Below, in pieces: positions 38,536-47,960 of a stretch of DNA of 64,000 nt. Each line of letters begins with the position of its first letter. Position 1 is the first letter of the stretch. Source of the stretch: Christensenella sp. (lineage in GTDB: Bacteria; Bacillota; Clostridia; Christensenellales; CAG-138); assembly GCA_034927595.1 (NCBI GenBank), contig JAYFPQ010000057.1, positions 24,690 to 88,689 on the forward strand, given 5' to 3'. The notes beneath the pieces are model-generated. The model was not told the DNA's origin and made no database searches. It was given only the letters and a program-made list of their open reading frames with translations. The position numbers and the translations under genes were made by a program.

Positions 38536-39324
38536 ATGAACACGAACAAACGCATTCTGATTTTTGCGATAACCGCCCTGCTCGCGATCGGGCTGCTGGG
38601 ATGCAGCTTCAGCGTCAGCACGGCAAACATTCAAGAAGCAATCATGACCGATTCCATCGACGGCGAAGGGAAGCCGGGCAACACGGTCACGAGCTATCCG
38701 GCGGACGCGGGCGTCTTCTACACCTCTGCTATGCTTCGCAACGCACCGGACAACACCAAAATTCGCTTCGTCTGGATTTATGACACCACCGGCGAGACGA
38801 TTCAGGAGGTCAGCGTTGACAGCGGGGACATTTCCGATCGATACATCTATTCCTCCATTTCGCTGGACACTCTGTTTCCAGAGGGAGACTACGAGGTTCA
38901 ATACTACATTGACGAACGCACCGACCCGGACGCCACGGTGAAATTCCGCGTGACGGCAGCCGAGGAAATGACGGGTAATGTAGACACCACCGGCGCGTAT
39001 CTGGAGGACGTCCACATGACCTCCGGCTTTGACAGCAGTGGACAGCCGCTGGATTCCATCGTTACCGTGCCGTCCACGGGCATTTGGTATGTTTCCGCGG
39101 TGCTACGCAACACCCAGCCGGATACGATCGTACACTTCGTATGGTACGACACCAGCAACAACATCATCGATGCGTATGATCTCGATCCGCAGGGAGCGAC
39201 GGACGTTTACATCAACGGTTCCATGGAACTTGTTTCCACCGCACCGAGCGGCGAGTATTGGGTTGAGCTCTACATCAACGATTCCACAATGCCTGCCGCG
39301 CAGGTCGGGTTCAACGTGAAATAA
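38536..39324 (+). CDS. Hypothetical lipoprotein built from two tandem copies of a ~110-aa domain
   Basis: RBS AAAGGAG precedes ATG 38536. The signal is 'ITALLAIGLLGCS' (lipobox). The repeats align, for example 'FYTSAMLRNAPDNTKIRFVWIYDTTGETI' with 'WYVSAVLRNTQPDTIVHFVWYDTSNNII', and 'GDYEVQYYIDE' with 'GEYWVELYINDS'. Confidence 0.72.
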   Translation: MNTNKRILIFAITALLAIGLLGCSFSVSTANIQEAIMTDSIDGEGKPGNTVTSYPADAGVFYTSAMLRNAPDNTKIRFVWIYDTTGETIQEVSVDSGDISDRYIYSSISLDTLFPEGDYEVQYYIDERTDPDATVKFRVTAAEEMTGNVDTTGAYLEDVHMTSGFDSSGQPLDSIVTVPSTGIWYVSAVLRNTQPDTIVHFVWYDTSNNIIDAYDLDPQGATDVYINGSMELVSTAPSGEYWVELYINDSTMPAAQVGFNVK

Positions 39325-39356
39325 CCGACTCTCGATTTCGATAATCAACACTACAA

Positions 39357-39390
39357 CCCCTTCGCCGATTTGGTGAGGGGGCTGTTTTTT
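39357..39390 (+). terminator. Intrinsic terminator
   Basis: CCCCTTCGCC-gattt-GGTGAGGGGG (two G-U pairs) followed by CTGTTTTTT. Confidence 0.7.
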
Positions 39391-39473
39391 CCCGTAAAAA
39401 CCGGAAGTGGATTGGACAAGCAAGCACAAAATGTGCTATGATCCTGTCAATAACAGGACGGAGAAAATAGCAC

Positions 39474-39935
39474 ATGACAGTGAACGACAAGGCATCTTTG
39501 GCAAAAGCATACTTTGAAGAAGGCTACAATTGCGCGCAGTCCGTTCTGCTCGCGTTCTCGGAAGAAGCCGGTCTTACAAGCAAGCAGGCAGCGCGTGTCA
39601 GCTCCACGTTTGGCGGCGGAATGGGCAAGCTGCGCGAAGTTTGCGGCGCGGTGACGGGCATGTTCATGGCGGAAGGCTTGATCGAAGGCTATGACGACCC
39701 GAAGGCAAAGGAAGAGAAGGCGGAGGTGTATGCCCGCGTTCGCGCCCTTGCGGAGGCATTTCAGGCGGAGAACCATTCCATCATCTGCCGCGATCTGCTA
39801 ATTGACGTAGCAACATCCCCAAGCGAGGCGCCAGAGGCGCGCACGAAGGAGTATTATGAGCGGCGGCCTTGCGGGGCTTATGTCGAAAGCGCGGCGCGCA
39901 TCTTCGCGCGTTCGCTGGGTCTGCCGGAGGCGTAA
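39474..39935 (+). CDS. C_GCAxxG_C_C family protein (putative redox-active Cys protein)
   Basis: 'GYNCAQSVLLAF' and 'EVCGAVTG' are present, with C-terminal cysteines ('IICRDL', 'RRPCGAYV'). Confidence 0.8.
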   Translation: MTVNDKASLAKAYFEEGYNCAQSVLLAFSEEAGLTSKQAARVSSTFGGGMGKLREVCGAVTGMFMAEGLIEGYDDPKAKEEKAEVYARVRALAEAFQAENHSIICRDLLIDVATSPSEAPEARTKEYYERRPCGAYVESAARIFARSLGLPEA

Positions 39936-39968
39936 ACAAAGCGTACAAAACTCGGATTCGGAGGCTGC

Positions 39969-40499
39969 ATGCCGATTTTTGCACAGGGAGTCACCAAAAA
40001 TAAACTGATCATACTTTACTATATTCGCGCGGCGAAGATGGACATCACGCGCGAACAGCTCTATCGCGTTATGGTGGAAAACGACGTGATGAGCTATTTT
40101 GACTATCAAAGCTGCATGCATGAGCTGGAAGAGGATGCGTTTATCGCGGCGGTACCGCGCGCCTTTGGGCAGGCGTATCGCGTATCCGTCCATGGGACGG
40201 ACGTGTTGGATCAGTTCGTCGAGAGCCTGCCGATGTCGCTGCGCGAACGGCTGGAGCTATACGCGCGGGAGCACCGCGAGGAGATGCTGCTGCAAACCCA
40301 GATTGTATCGGACATGGAGGAGCTTCCCTCCGGCGGGTACATCGTTCGCCTGCGTGCGCTGGAGCAGAACGCGGCAGTCATGGAGCTCTCGATTCGCGTT
40401 GCCACGCGGGACATGGCGCAGCGGATGCGCGCCAACTGGGAAAAGGGCTCCGAGCCGCTTTACGCATATCTTTTGACCACCTTACTCAAGAGCGAGTAG
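39969..40499 (+). CDS. DUF4364-like small cytoplasmic protein (winged-helix-like N-terminus)
   Basis: GGAGG lies 4 nt upstream of the ATG. Length is 176 aa. 'NKLIILYYI' and 'MDITREQL' resemble the DUF4364 family as I recall it. The stop is TAG 40497-40499. Confidence 0.6.
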   Translation: MPIFAQGVTKNKLIILYYIRAAKMDITREQLYRVMVENDVMSYFDYQSCMHELEEDAFIAAVPRAFGQAYRVSVHGTDVLDQFVESLPMSLRERLELYAREHREEMLLQTQIVSDMEELPSGGYIVRLRALEQNAAVMELSIRVATRDMAQRMRANWEKGSEPLYAYLLTTLLKSE

Positions 40500-40510
40500 C
40501 AAATCTGTAC

Positions 40511-40544
40511 AAAAAAACAAGCCGCTGACGCGGCTTGTTTTTTG
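40511..40544. terminator. Bidirectional intrinsic terminator
   Basis: AAAAAAA-CAAGCCGC-tgac-GCGGCTTG-TTTTTTG. Confidence 0.85.
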
Positions 40545-40546
40545 AT

Positions 40547-41197
40547 TTATCTCCCGCAACGGAGCTGACGAATCATATCCGCGGGGTCGTTGGCATGGAA
40601 CACGGCGCTGCCTGCGACAAGCACCGTAGCGCCCGCCTCGATACAGCGCTTCGCCGTCTCCGGGTTGACGCCGCCGTCCACCTCGATTTCGACGGAAAGA
40701 TTACGCTCGTCAATCATTTTACGTAACTCCGCAATCTTCTCGAGCGCTTCCGGAATGAACTGTTGCCCGCCAAAACCGGGGTTGACGGACATGACCAGCA
40801 CGAGATCGCAATACGGCAGCACTTCCTTCACCGCGACGGCAGGCGTACCGGGGTTGAGCACAACGCCAGCCTTGCAGCCGCCCTCGTGAATCTGCTGGAG
40901 CGTGCGGTGCAGGTGTTTTTCCGCTTCCGCGTGAATCGTAATGATGTCCGCGCCTGCACTCACAAACCAGGGGACGAAGCGAGAGGGCTCCTCCACCATG
41001 AGGTGCACGTCGATCGGCAGCTTAGTCTTCGGTCGAATCGTTGAGCAGATTTGCGGCCCAAACGATATATTGGGCACAAAGTGGCCGTCCATTACGTCAA
41101 AGTGAATCCAGTCCGCGTTCCACTCACTCAAACGTTCGATCTCACGGCCGAGGTTGTTGAAATCGGCGGAAAGAATGGAAGTCGCAATCTTAATCAT
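40547..41197 (-). CDS. rpe: Ribulose-phosphate 3-epimerase
   Basis: 'IATSILSADF', 'HFDVMDGHFVPN', 'HLMV' and 'MSVNPGFGGQ' are present. ATG 41197 follows AAAGGAGA. Confidence 0.95.
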   Translation of the reverse strand: MIKIATSILSADFNNLGREIERLSEWNADWIHFDVMDGHFVPNISFGPQICSTIRPKTKLPIDVHLMVEEPSRFVPWFVSAGADIITIHAEAEKHLHRTLQQIHEGGCKAGVVLNPGTPAVAVKEVLPYCDLVLVMSVNPGFGGQQFIPEALEKIAELRKMIDERNLSVEIEVDGGVNPETAKRCIEAGATVLVAGSAVFHANDPADMIRQLRCGR

Positions 41198-42062
41198 AGC
41201 GGTGTTTTCTCCTTTGTTCGATCTCTTGCGAAATCTCAATGTATCGATCATAGCGCGCTTGCGTGAGCTGTCCGCTGCTAATGAGCGCTTTTACCGCACA
41301 ATCCGGCTCCTTGATGTGGCGGCAGCCCGCAAAACGGCATTGTTCCGCTGCGCCGTCAAACTCCGGCCAGGCGGCGTTGAGCGCCTCTTGTGGAATTTCC
41401 TCAAGCTCAAAGAGAGAAAAGCCGGGTGTATCCAGCACGGCGCCGCCAAGCAGCGGCCAGAGTTCCGCCTGACGCGTGGTGTGCTTTCCGCGGTCGGTGC
41501 GCTTCGCGAGTTCGCCGGTTTCGAGCAATAACTGCGGGAACAGTGCGTTGAGCAGCGAGGACTTTCCAACGGCGGATTGTCCAGCAAACGCGGAGATCTT
41601 GCCGTTCAGCGCGCTTGTCAGCTTTTCAAGTTCCAATCCGGTCTTCGAGGAAACAAGCAATGTTGGAAACGCGGCGTAGTCCCGCTCAAACTCGGAAACG
41701 ATCGCGTCGTCCGCAACGTCGAGCTTGTTGAGCAACAACAGGGGCGTAATGCCGAGCAGATGCGCCTGTAAGAGCAGCTTATCGGTCAGTAGCCAGTCCG
41801 GCTTTGGAACGCTCGCGGAAACGACAATGACGAGCTGGTCGATGTTGGAGACGGGGGGACGCAGGAGCGCGTTCTTTCGAGGCAGCAGATCGTCGATGGA
41901 TGCAAACCCGGTTGCGGGTTTCGAAATCTCGACCAAATCGCCCACCATTGGGACAAGATGCTCGTTACGGAAACGCCCGCGCGCCTTACAGGTGACGATC
42001 GACTCGTCCTGCAGTAATACGTCGTAAAACCCGCCTACGCCTTTGATGATTCGACCTTGCAT
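41190..42062 (-). CDS. rsgA: Ribosome small-subunit-dependent GTPase A
   Basis: 'MQGRIIKGVGGFYDV' marks the OB fold, 'NKLD' is G4 and 'GQSAVGKSSLLNAL' is G1 (circularly permuted order). The zinc knuckle is 'CRFAGCRHIKEPDCAV'. Confidence 0.92.
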   Translation of the reverse strand: MQGRIIKGVGGFYDVLLQDESIVTCKARGRFRNEHLVPMVGDLVEISKPATGFASIDDLLPRKNALLRPPVSNIDQLVIVVSASVPKPDWLLTDKLLLQAHLLGITPLLLLNKLDVADDAIVSEFERDYAAFPTLLVSSKTGLELEKLTSALNGKISAFAGQSAVGKSSLLNALFPQLLLETGELAKRTDRGKHTTRQAELWPLLGGAVLDTPGFSLFELEEIPQEALNAAWPEFDGAAEQCRFAGCRHIKEPDCAVKALISSGQLTQARYDRYIEISQEIEQRRKHRYD

Positions 42063-42066
42063 GGCG

Positions 42067-43944
42067 TTACGCGCCCTTCGCAATAAACGTAAAGTCCTGC
42101 TGCTTAATCAGCTTTCCGTCGGAGAAGAGCACCACCTCGCGCGTGCCCTCTACGTCGGAATACGCGGTAAACGACACAGGCACTTTCTCGCCCTTTTCAA
42201 GCGAACCTTCGTAAACGATTCGGTAGTAAGCAAGACCGTTGTAGGTTTCCTGAATTGCCGCGAGCACCTTGGTGCCGCTGCTGTCAACATCCACATTGAA
42301 AGCGATATCGGACTCAAACCCGTACTCCGGCTTACCGCAAACGGTCAGCGTGACCGGCGTTTCCGGCAGAACCTGCGTGTCCGGCAGCGGATCCTGCAGG
42401 TAGACGACGCCGTCTTCGACGATGTCGGACTCCGCATAGCGAACAAACAGGTTGTTAAACGATGCAATCCGGAGTTGGTCGAGGATCACGTTCAACGGCT
42501 GATCCATCGAGTTCGGCATTGGCATGGTCGTCTCCGAAGAAGCGCTGATGACGATGTCGATCACCTGACCGTTCGTCGTCTCCGTGTCCGCCGGGAGCGA
42601 CTGCTCGCAGACATACCCAATCGCGACCTCGGACACGCGGTATTGCACGTTGCCGAGCACGAGACCGACCTCGGCGAGCGCATGCTTCGCTTCGTCGGGT
42701 GATAGTCCGATTAAATTCGGAACGAGCGGGGCGGAGGGCCCCAAGCTGACGACGCCATAGATCGTTGTGCCGAGCTTGGCTTTGGTGCCCGCTTCCGGTG
42801 TTTGGAGAATGATATCACCGCTGGCGACCGTGTCGCTGTTTTCGTAATCCTGAATGTCAAAGTGGAAGCCGAAGTTCTCGGACTTCTGCCTTGCTTCTTC
42901 CAACGAGCGATCCACGAGGGTGGGGACGACTTCAAACGACCCCGCTTCGCTCTGATACACATCCCGCAGCACGAGAAACACGCCGATCAGCGCGAGAACG
43001 AACGCGGCAACGGCTAGGCCGATTTTGAGCGCGCCGTGCCTGCGCTTTTTGGCGGGTTTTCGCACGGGCTGCGACTTCGCCGCGGCAGGGGCAGCAAAGC
43101 GCGCAAAATCACCCGTCGGATCCTTGAGCGCGCGGCGCAGATGATCTGCCATGTCGCGTGCGGAGGCATAACGACGGTTGAGGTCCTTATTCATTGCGCG
43201 CAGGATCACGTCGTTCAAAGCGGGCGTCACTTTGCTGTTTCGCTCGATGGGCGGGATGGGGTTTTCATTGATGTGCTTGAGCGCAATTGAAACTGAACTA
43301 TCCCCGTCAAACGGCAATTGCCCGGTGAGCATTTCATAGAGCATGATACCGGCGGAATACAGGTCACTTCCCTCGGTCACGGGCTGTCCCTTCGCCTGCT
43401 CGGGCGAGAGGTAATGCACCGAGCCGAGTACGGTTGCTCCGCTGAAGGTGACCGTGCTTGCGTTTACTTCCCGCGCGATGCCAAAGTCCATGAGCTTGAC
43501 TTTGCCGCTCTGCATCACGATTACGTTCTGCGGCTTCACGTCCCGGTGGATGATGCCCGCGGCGTGCGCGGCACCCAGCGCGTCGAGCACCTGCACGACG
43601 AGCGCAACGGCAATGCGCGGCGGCATGGGGCCGTTCTCAACCAGAATATCCTTGAGCGTTCGACCGTCTACGAACTCTAGCACGATATAGGGCAGTCCGT
43701 CCGTATCGCCAACGTCGAACGCACGAACGATATTATCATGCGACAGGTGCAGCACGGCGCGCGCTTCGCGCTCGAACCGGCGCAAGAACTCCGCGTAGTT
43801 TCGGTATTCGTCCTTTAAAACTTTAATCGCAACCACTTTGTGGGTCGAGAGATTAACCGCGCGGTAGACATGCGCCATTCCGCCGGTGCCAATCAGATCG
43901 ATGATGCGATAACGATGTCCAACAATGGTTCCAGGAGCAATCAT
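42067..43944 (-). CDS. prkC: Ser/Thr protein kinase with an extracellular PASTA-repeat region
   Basis: All canonical motifs are present: 'GTGGMAHVY', 'VAIKVL', 'HRDVKPQNV', 'DFGIA' and 'SPEQ'. One TM helix is followed by PASTA-like repeats. Confidence 0.95.
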   Translation of the reverse strand: MIAPGTIVGHRYRIIDLIGTGGMAHVYRAVNLSTHKVVAIKVLKDEYRNYAEFLRRFEREARAVLHLSHDNIVRAFDVGDTDGLPYIVLEFVDGRTLKDILVENGPMPPRIAVALVVQVLDALGAAHAAGIIHRDVKPQNVIVMQSGKVKLMDFGIAREVNASTVTFSGATVLGSVHYLSPEQAKGQPVTEGSDLYSAGIMLYEMLTGQLPFDGDSSVSIALKHINENPIPPIERNSKVTPALNDVILRAMNKDLNRRYASARDMADHLRRALKDPTGDFARFAAPAAAKSQPVRKPAKKRRHGALKIGLAVAAFVLALIGVFLVLRDVYQSEAGSFEVVPTLVDRSLEEARQKSENFGFHFDIQDYENSDTVASGDIILQTPEAGTKAKLGTTIYGVVSLGPSAPLVPNLIGLSPDEAKHALAEVGLVLGNVQYRVSEVAIGYVCEQSLPADTETTNGQVIDIVISASSETTMPMPNSMDQPLNVILDQLRIASFNNLFVRYAESDIVEDGVVYLQDPLPDTQVLPETPVTLTVCGKPEYGFESDIAFNVDVDSSGTKVLAAIQETYNGLAYYRIVYEGSLEKGEKVPVSFTAYSDVEGTREVVLFSDGKLIKQQDFTFIAKGA

Positions 43945-44672
43945 AGGAGGTCACCCTCCTCTCGACGTACGAGCACCAGCGTGATGTTGTCCGTACTTCC
44001 GTTGCTCAGCGCAAGCTGCACAAGCTCGTCGCACATGTCGTCCAGCGACTGCTCGGAGGAGAGAATGGAGATCATTTCCTCGTCCTCCAGCGCGCCATGC
44101 AAGCCGTCCGAGCAGAGCAGCAGGATATCGCCCGCGTTCCATTCCCGCTCGAACACGTCCACGTCGACGGAAGCGGATAGGCCGACGCCGCGCGTAATGA
44201 TGTTTCGATGCGGATGATACTTTGCTTCCTCACGCGTAATCACGCCGGACTGAACGAGCTGCTCCACGAGCGAATGATCGGTCGTCACGCGTTCCAGCGT
44301 TTTTCCGTCAAAATAATACAGCCGGCTGTCGCCAACGTTCGCGGCAAGGTAGGACTTGCCGAGGACAAGCGCGCAGACCAGCGTCGTGCCCATGCCAAAG
44401 AGCGTTTTGTCCGCTTCCGCCGCTTCAAAAACGGCCAGGTTCGCGCGCTGAATCACGCCGATGAGCTGCTCAATCTCATGCTCCGAAAAATCGGAAGCAC
44501 TCGTTTCGTTCAATTTTTCTACGACAATTCCGCTCGCAACCGCGCCCGCCGCATGCCCACCCATACCGTCCGCAACGGCGAACAGTAGAGGCAGCGCTTC
44601 CTTTTCGGGCAGCAGGTAGCTGTCTTCGTTGTGCGCGCGTTTACCGATTTCCGTTTTGACCGCGAATTTCAT
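43941..44672 (-). CDS. stp: PP2C-family Ser/Thr phosphatase
   Basis: 'GKRAHNEDSY', 'VADGMGGHAAG' and 'LLLCSDGL' are present. GGAGG lies 7 nt upstream of ATG 44672. The stop overlaps the prkC start as ATGA. Confidence 0.92.
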   Translation of the reverse strand: MKFAVKTEIGKRAHNEDSYLLPEKEALPLLFAVADGMGGHAAGAVASGIVVEKLNETSASDFSEHEIEQLIGVIQRANLAVFEAAEADKTLFGMGTTLVCALVLGKSYLAANVGDSRLYYFDGKTLERVTTDHSLVEQLVQSGVITREEAKYHPHRNIITRGVGLSASVDVDVFEREWNAGDILLLCSDGLHGALEDEEMISILSSEQSLDDMCDELVQLALSNGSTDNITLVLVRREEGDLL

Positions 44673-45699
44673 GCAGTATCCTCCTGCGCAGTTGGCCGCA
44701 AGCGCCTTCAATGTCCGTTCCCATTTCGCGGCGAACGGTGGCGGAGATGTTCCGTTCCGTCAGGCGCTGACAGAACCGCTCCGCGTCGGCGCGGGAAACG
44801 CCGTTGAGTCCCCGCTCGGGGACGGGATTGAGCGGAATCAGATTCACGTGGCAGAGTATGCCGCGCAGTCGATTGCTCAGCGCGTCCGCATCCGCCAGGG
44901 AGTCGTTGACGCCGCCGATGAGCGCATATTCAAACACGACGCGCCGCCCCGTTTGATCCGCGTAGCGTTTTGCCGCGGCAATGACCTCGCTAATGGGGTA
45001 CGCTTTGTTGATTGGCATCAGCGAAGTGCGCGTTTCGTCGTCGTGCGCATGCAGCGAGATCGAAAGCGTTACGTGCGGCGCATCCTTGACAAATGTGTCG
45101 ATCTTCGGCACAATGCCGCAGGTCGAAACGGAGATGTTCCGTGCGCTGATGCGAAGCCCGTCCTGCGCGGTGACGCGATTGAGAAACGCAACGACGTTGT
45201 CGTAGTTGCCCAGCGGTTCGCCGCTGCCCATCAGCACGAGATTGGTCACCGTTCGATGGCCCGGTTCGGTTGCGGGTTCGTCCCGCTCAACCGCGAAGAT
45301 CTGCCCGAGCATTTCGCCTACGGTTAGATTCCGAACGCAGCCTTCCAGCGTGGACGCGCAGAACCGGCAGCCCATGGAGCAGCCAATCTGCGTGGACAAA
45401 CACAGCGTATTACCATAATGATAGCGCATCAATACGCCTTCCACAAGGTTTTCGTCCTCAAGGCGGAAGAGGTATTTGACGGTGCCGTCCTTCTCGGAGA
45501 CCAGTTTTCGTTCAATTTCGACCCCGCCGTAAGGAATTTCGGCGAGCTTATCACGCAGCGCAGCGGGCAGGTTTGTCATTTCCTGCGGGCGCGCGCCTTT
45601 GTTGAGCCACTCGGCAACCTGCTTGGCGCGAAACTTCGGTTCGCCAAAGCTCGCAAGCAGGGTTTCGAGTTCGGTTCTATTGAAATCGGCTAACGGCAT
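44641..45699 (-). CDS. rlmN: 23S rRNA/tRNA (adenine-C2)-methyltransferase, radical SAM
   Basis: 'STQIGCSMGCRFCAST' is the CxxxCxxC motif. 'GSGEPL' and the C-terminal 'GACGQL' are also present. Confidence 0.95.
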   Translation of the reverse strand: MPLADFNRTELETLLASFGEPKFRAKQVAEWLNKGARPQEMTNLPAALRDKLAEIPYGGVEIERKLVSEKDGTVKYLFRLEDENLVEGVLMRYHYGNTLCLSTQIGCSMGCRFCASTLEGCVRNLTVGEMLGQIFAVERDEPATEPGHRTVTNLVLMGSGEPLGNYDNVVAFLNRVTAQDGLRISARNISVSTCGIVPKIDTFVKDAPHVTLSISLHAHDDETRTSLMPINKAYPISEVIAAAKRYADQTGRRVVFEYALIGGVNDSLADADALSNRLRGILCHVNLIPLNPVPERGLNGVSRADAERFCQRLTERNISATVRREMGTDIEGACGQLRRRILHEIRGQNGNR

Positions 45700-46991
45700 C
45701 GTCTCATCCTCGCTAGAAAGAATCCGTCGGTATCGTGCACCTGCGGCAGGAGCTGAAGCTGACCATTGTTCGGAATCGAAAGTGATAGCGGCTCCAGCGA
45801 AAATTCGGAATGACGTGCGAGGAACGACTCCATCTGCCGTTCGTTCTCGCGGGACGAAATCGTGCAGGTTGCGTAAACGAGCACGCCATTCGGCGCGACA
45901 TAGCGCGAGCAGACGTCGAGAATCTGCTGCTGAATCGCGACTAGCGCGACGACGTCCGCGTCGGACTTGCTGTAGCGAATGTCCGGCTTGTCGCCGAGCA
46001 ATCCGAGTCCGCTGCAGGGCGCGTCGATCAGCACGCCGTCGAACGCCTGCTCAAAACAGGAATCGAACACGGTTGCATCCTGAAGTAGCGTTTCCGCGGA
46101 GACGTGCAGCCGCTGGAGCGTTTTATCGAGCAGCTCTTTCCGGTGCGGATGCAGCTCGAAGCAGGTCAACCGAATAGTGTTCTGCGTTAGACTCGCAAGA
46201 TAAGCGCTCTTTCCGCCCGGCGCGGCGCAGGCGTCCAGCACGCGCTTTCCGGTCATGTCGCCGAGCGCGCGGCAGGCGAGCATTGCGCTTTCGCCCATCA
46301 CGGTGCACTTGCCCTCCTGAAACGGCGGAAACGCGGCAATGTCAAATCCATGCAACAGGCGAAGGGAGTTCGAATCCCACGCATTGATCTTGCTCTCAAC
46401 GGGAAGCGCCGCCTGCAGTTCCGAAACGGTGTAGGGGTATTGCGGGCGCAGCTCCATGGACGATTCCGGCCGAGCGAGCAGCGCTTCCGTCTGCGTTTCG
46501 CCAAAGGCGCTGAGCCACTCGGAAACGATCCATTCCGGATAGCTGTACTGTATCGCCAGCCGCTGGACCGGCTCCTTCGGCAGTGGGGGTAGCGCGTCGC
46601 GGCTGCGGTCGATGTTTCGCAGTACGGCGTTGACGAATCCCGCCAAAGCGGGTTTGCCGACCTCGCGAACGAGCGCAACGCTTTCGGAAACCGCCGCGTG
46701 CGCGGGGGTGGAAAGATAGAGCAGTTCGCAAACGCCGAGGCGGAGGATTCCGCGAATCACCGGTTTCTGCGATCCTTTCACAAAATGCGAAAGATAGTAG
46801 TCAATCGTGAGCAGATGGTCCAGCGTATGATAAACGAGCGCGGCGGCCATCTTTGCCTCGCGCTCCGGCAGGAGTTCATGCAGCTGTTTGACGCGCAGGT
46901 TTGCGTAAGCGCCGCGATCCGTTACGTCGCAGAGCGCTTCAAGCGCCTGCCTGCGCGCGTTCAAGAGAGCACCTTGCCTTCCAGCGGGCAT
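45690..46991 (-). CDS. rsmB: 16S rRNA (cytosine967-C5)-methyltransferase
   Basis: An N-terminal NusB-like domain is followed by 'DACAAPGGKS' (the SAM motif), 'DAPCSG' and the 'TCT' catalytic Cys region. The start is uncertain; the ATG at 46991 overlaps the fmt 3' end. Confidence 0.88.
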   Translation of the reverse strand: MPAGRQGALLNARRQALEALCDVTDRGAYANLRVKQLHELLPEREAKMAAALVYHTLDHLLTIDYYLSHFVKGSQKPVIRGILRLGVCELLYLSTPAHAAVSESVALVREVGKPALAGFVNAVLRNIDRSRDALPPLPKEPVQRLAIQYSYPEWIVSEWLSAFGETQTEALLARPESSMELRPQYPYTVSELQAALPVESKINAWDSNSLRLLHGFDIAAFPPFQEGKCTVMGESAMLACRALGDMTGKRVLDACAAPGGKSAYLASLTQNTIRLTCFELHPHRKELLDKTLQRLHVSAETLLQDATVFDSCFEQAFDGVLIDAPCSGLGLLGDKPDIRYSKSDADVVALVAIQQQILDVCSRYVAPNGVLVYATCTISSRENERQMESFLARHSEFSLEPLSLSIPNNGQLQLLPQVHDTDGFFLARMRRCR

Positions 46992-47887
46992 CCGGCGAGA
47001 AAGCTCTTCGCCAGCATGCGCTTTCCGCCGGTCGCCTGAAGTTCGAGTATTTCGAGCCATCCATCCGCACAGCAAACGAAAAGACCCGTCTTCGCGTTGC
47101 CACGGAGCAGTCCAGGCGTTTCGCATTCCAGCGTTTGATCGGTCATCTGCGTTTTGTGAATCTTAAGCGGTTCGCCGTAGAGAAACGCATAGGCGCCCGG
47201 CCAGGGGTTCGTTCCACGAACGCGGTTGTGCACGCTGCGCGCGGATTCGGTAAACTCAAGTTTGCCGTGCTCCTTTTTCAACTTGGGGCACTTCGTGGCC
47301 TGCGCTTCGTCCTGCGGGGTACGGCAGAGCGTTCCCGCTTCGAGCGCGAGAATCGTCCGGCGGAGCGTCTCAGCGCCCAGTACCGCGAGCGTTTCAAACA
47401 ACTCTCCGGCGGTCATGCCGTCCGAAATCGCAATTCGATCGGTCAGCAGAATGTCGCCGGTGTCCATGCCGACATCGGTCATCATGGTCGTTATGCCGGT
47501 TTCGTGCTCGCCGTTGATGATCGCCCACTGAATCGGCGCCGCGCCGCGATACTTGGGAAGGAGCGAACCGTGTACGTTGATGCAGCCGTATTTCGGAATC
47601 GCGAGGTTCTCGGCGGAAAGGATCTGCCCGAACGCGGCGGTCACCATCAGATCCGGCGCAAACGCTTTGAGCGCAGAGACGCCTTCCGGCAGGCGAATCT
47701 TTTCAAATTGATAGACGGGGATGTTGTGCTCCAGCGCATATGCCTTGGTTGGCGGCGGAGTCAACGTTGCGTGGCGGCCGACCGGACGATCCGGCTGCGT
47801 AAACACGCAAAGGGTATGCCCGCTATTGACAAGCATATCCAGAGAGGGAATCGCAAATTCCGGTGTGCCCAAAAAGGCAATCTTCAT
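46961..47887 (-). CDS. fmt: Methionyl-tRNA formyltransferase
   Basis: 'MKIAFLGTPEFAIPSL' and 'HGSLLPKYRGAAPIQWAI' are present. ATG 47887 is part of an ATGA overlap with the stop of a 17-codon relic ORF. Confidence 0.95.
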   Translation of the reverse strand: MKIAFLGTPEFAIPSLDMLVNSGHTLCVFTQPDRPVGRHATLTPPPTKAYALEHNIPVYQFEKIRLPEGVSALKAFAPDLMVTAAFGQILSAENLAIPKYGCINVHGSLLPKYRGAAPIQWAIINGEHETGITTMMTDVGMDTGDILLTDRIAISDGMTAGELFETLAVLGAETLRRTILALEAGTLCRTPQDEAQATKCPKLKKEHGKLEFTESARSVHNRVRGTNPWPGAYAFLYGEPLKIHKTQMTDQTLECETPGLLRGNAKTGLFVCCADGWLEILELQATGGKRMLAKSFLAGCPLEGKVLS

Positions 47888-47960
47888 TCGGGCTGATCCT
47901 CTTCTTCGTGAACAATTATTTGGAAGGCAAACTTCATTCGGGCTGATCTTCTTCTTCGTT
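47871..47960. repeat. Tandem duplication (50-bp period) of the def-stop/fmt-start junction
   Basis: aaaaaggcaatCTTCATTCGGGCTGATCcTCTTCTTCGTg (47871-47910) versus tggaaggcaaaCTTCATTCGGGCTGATCtTCTTCTTCGTt (47921-47960). The 28-nt core differs at one position. Confidence 0.85.
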
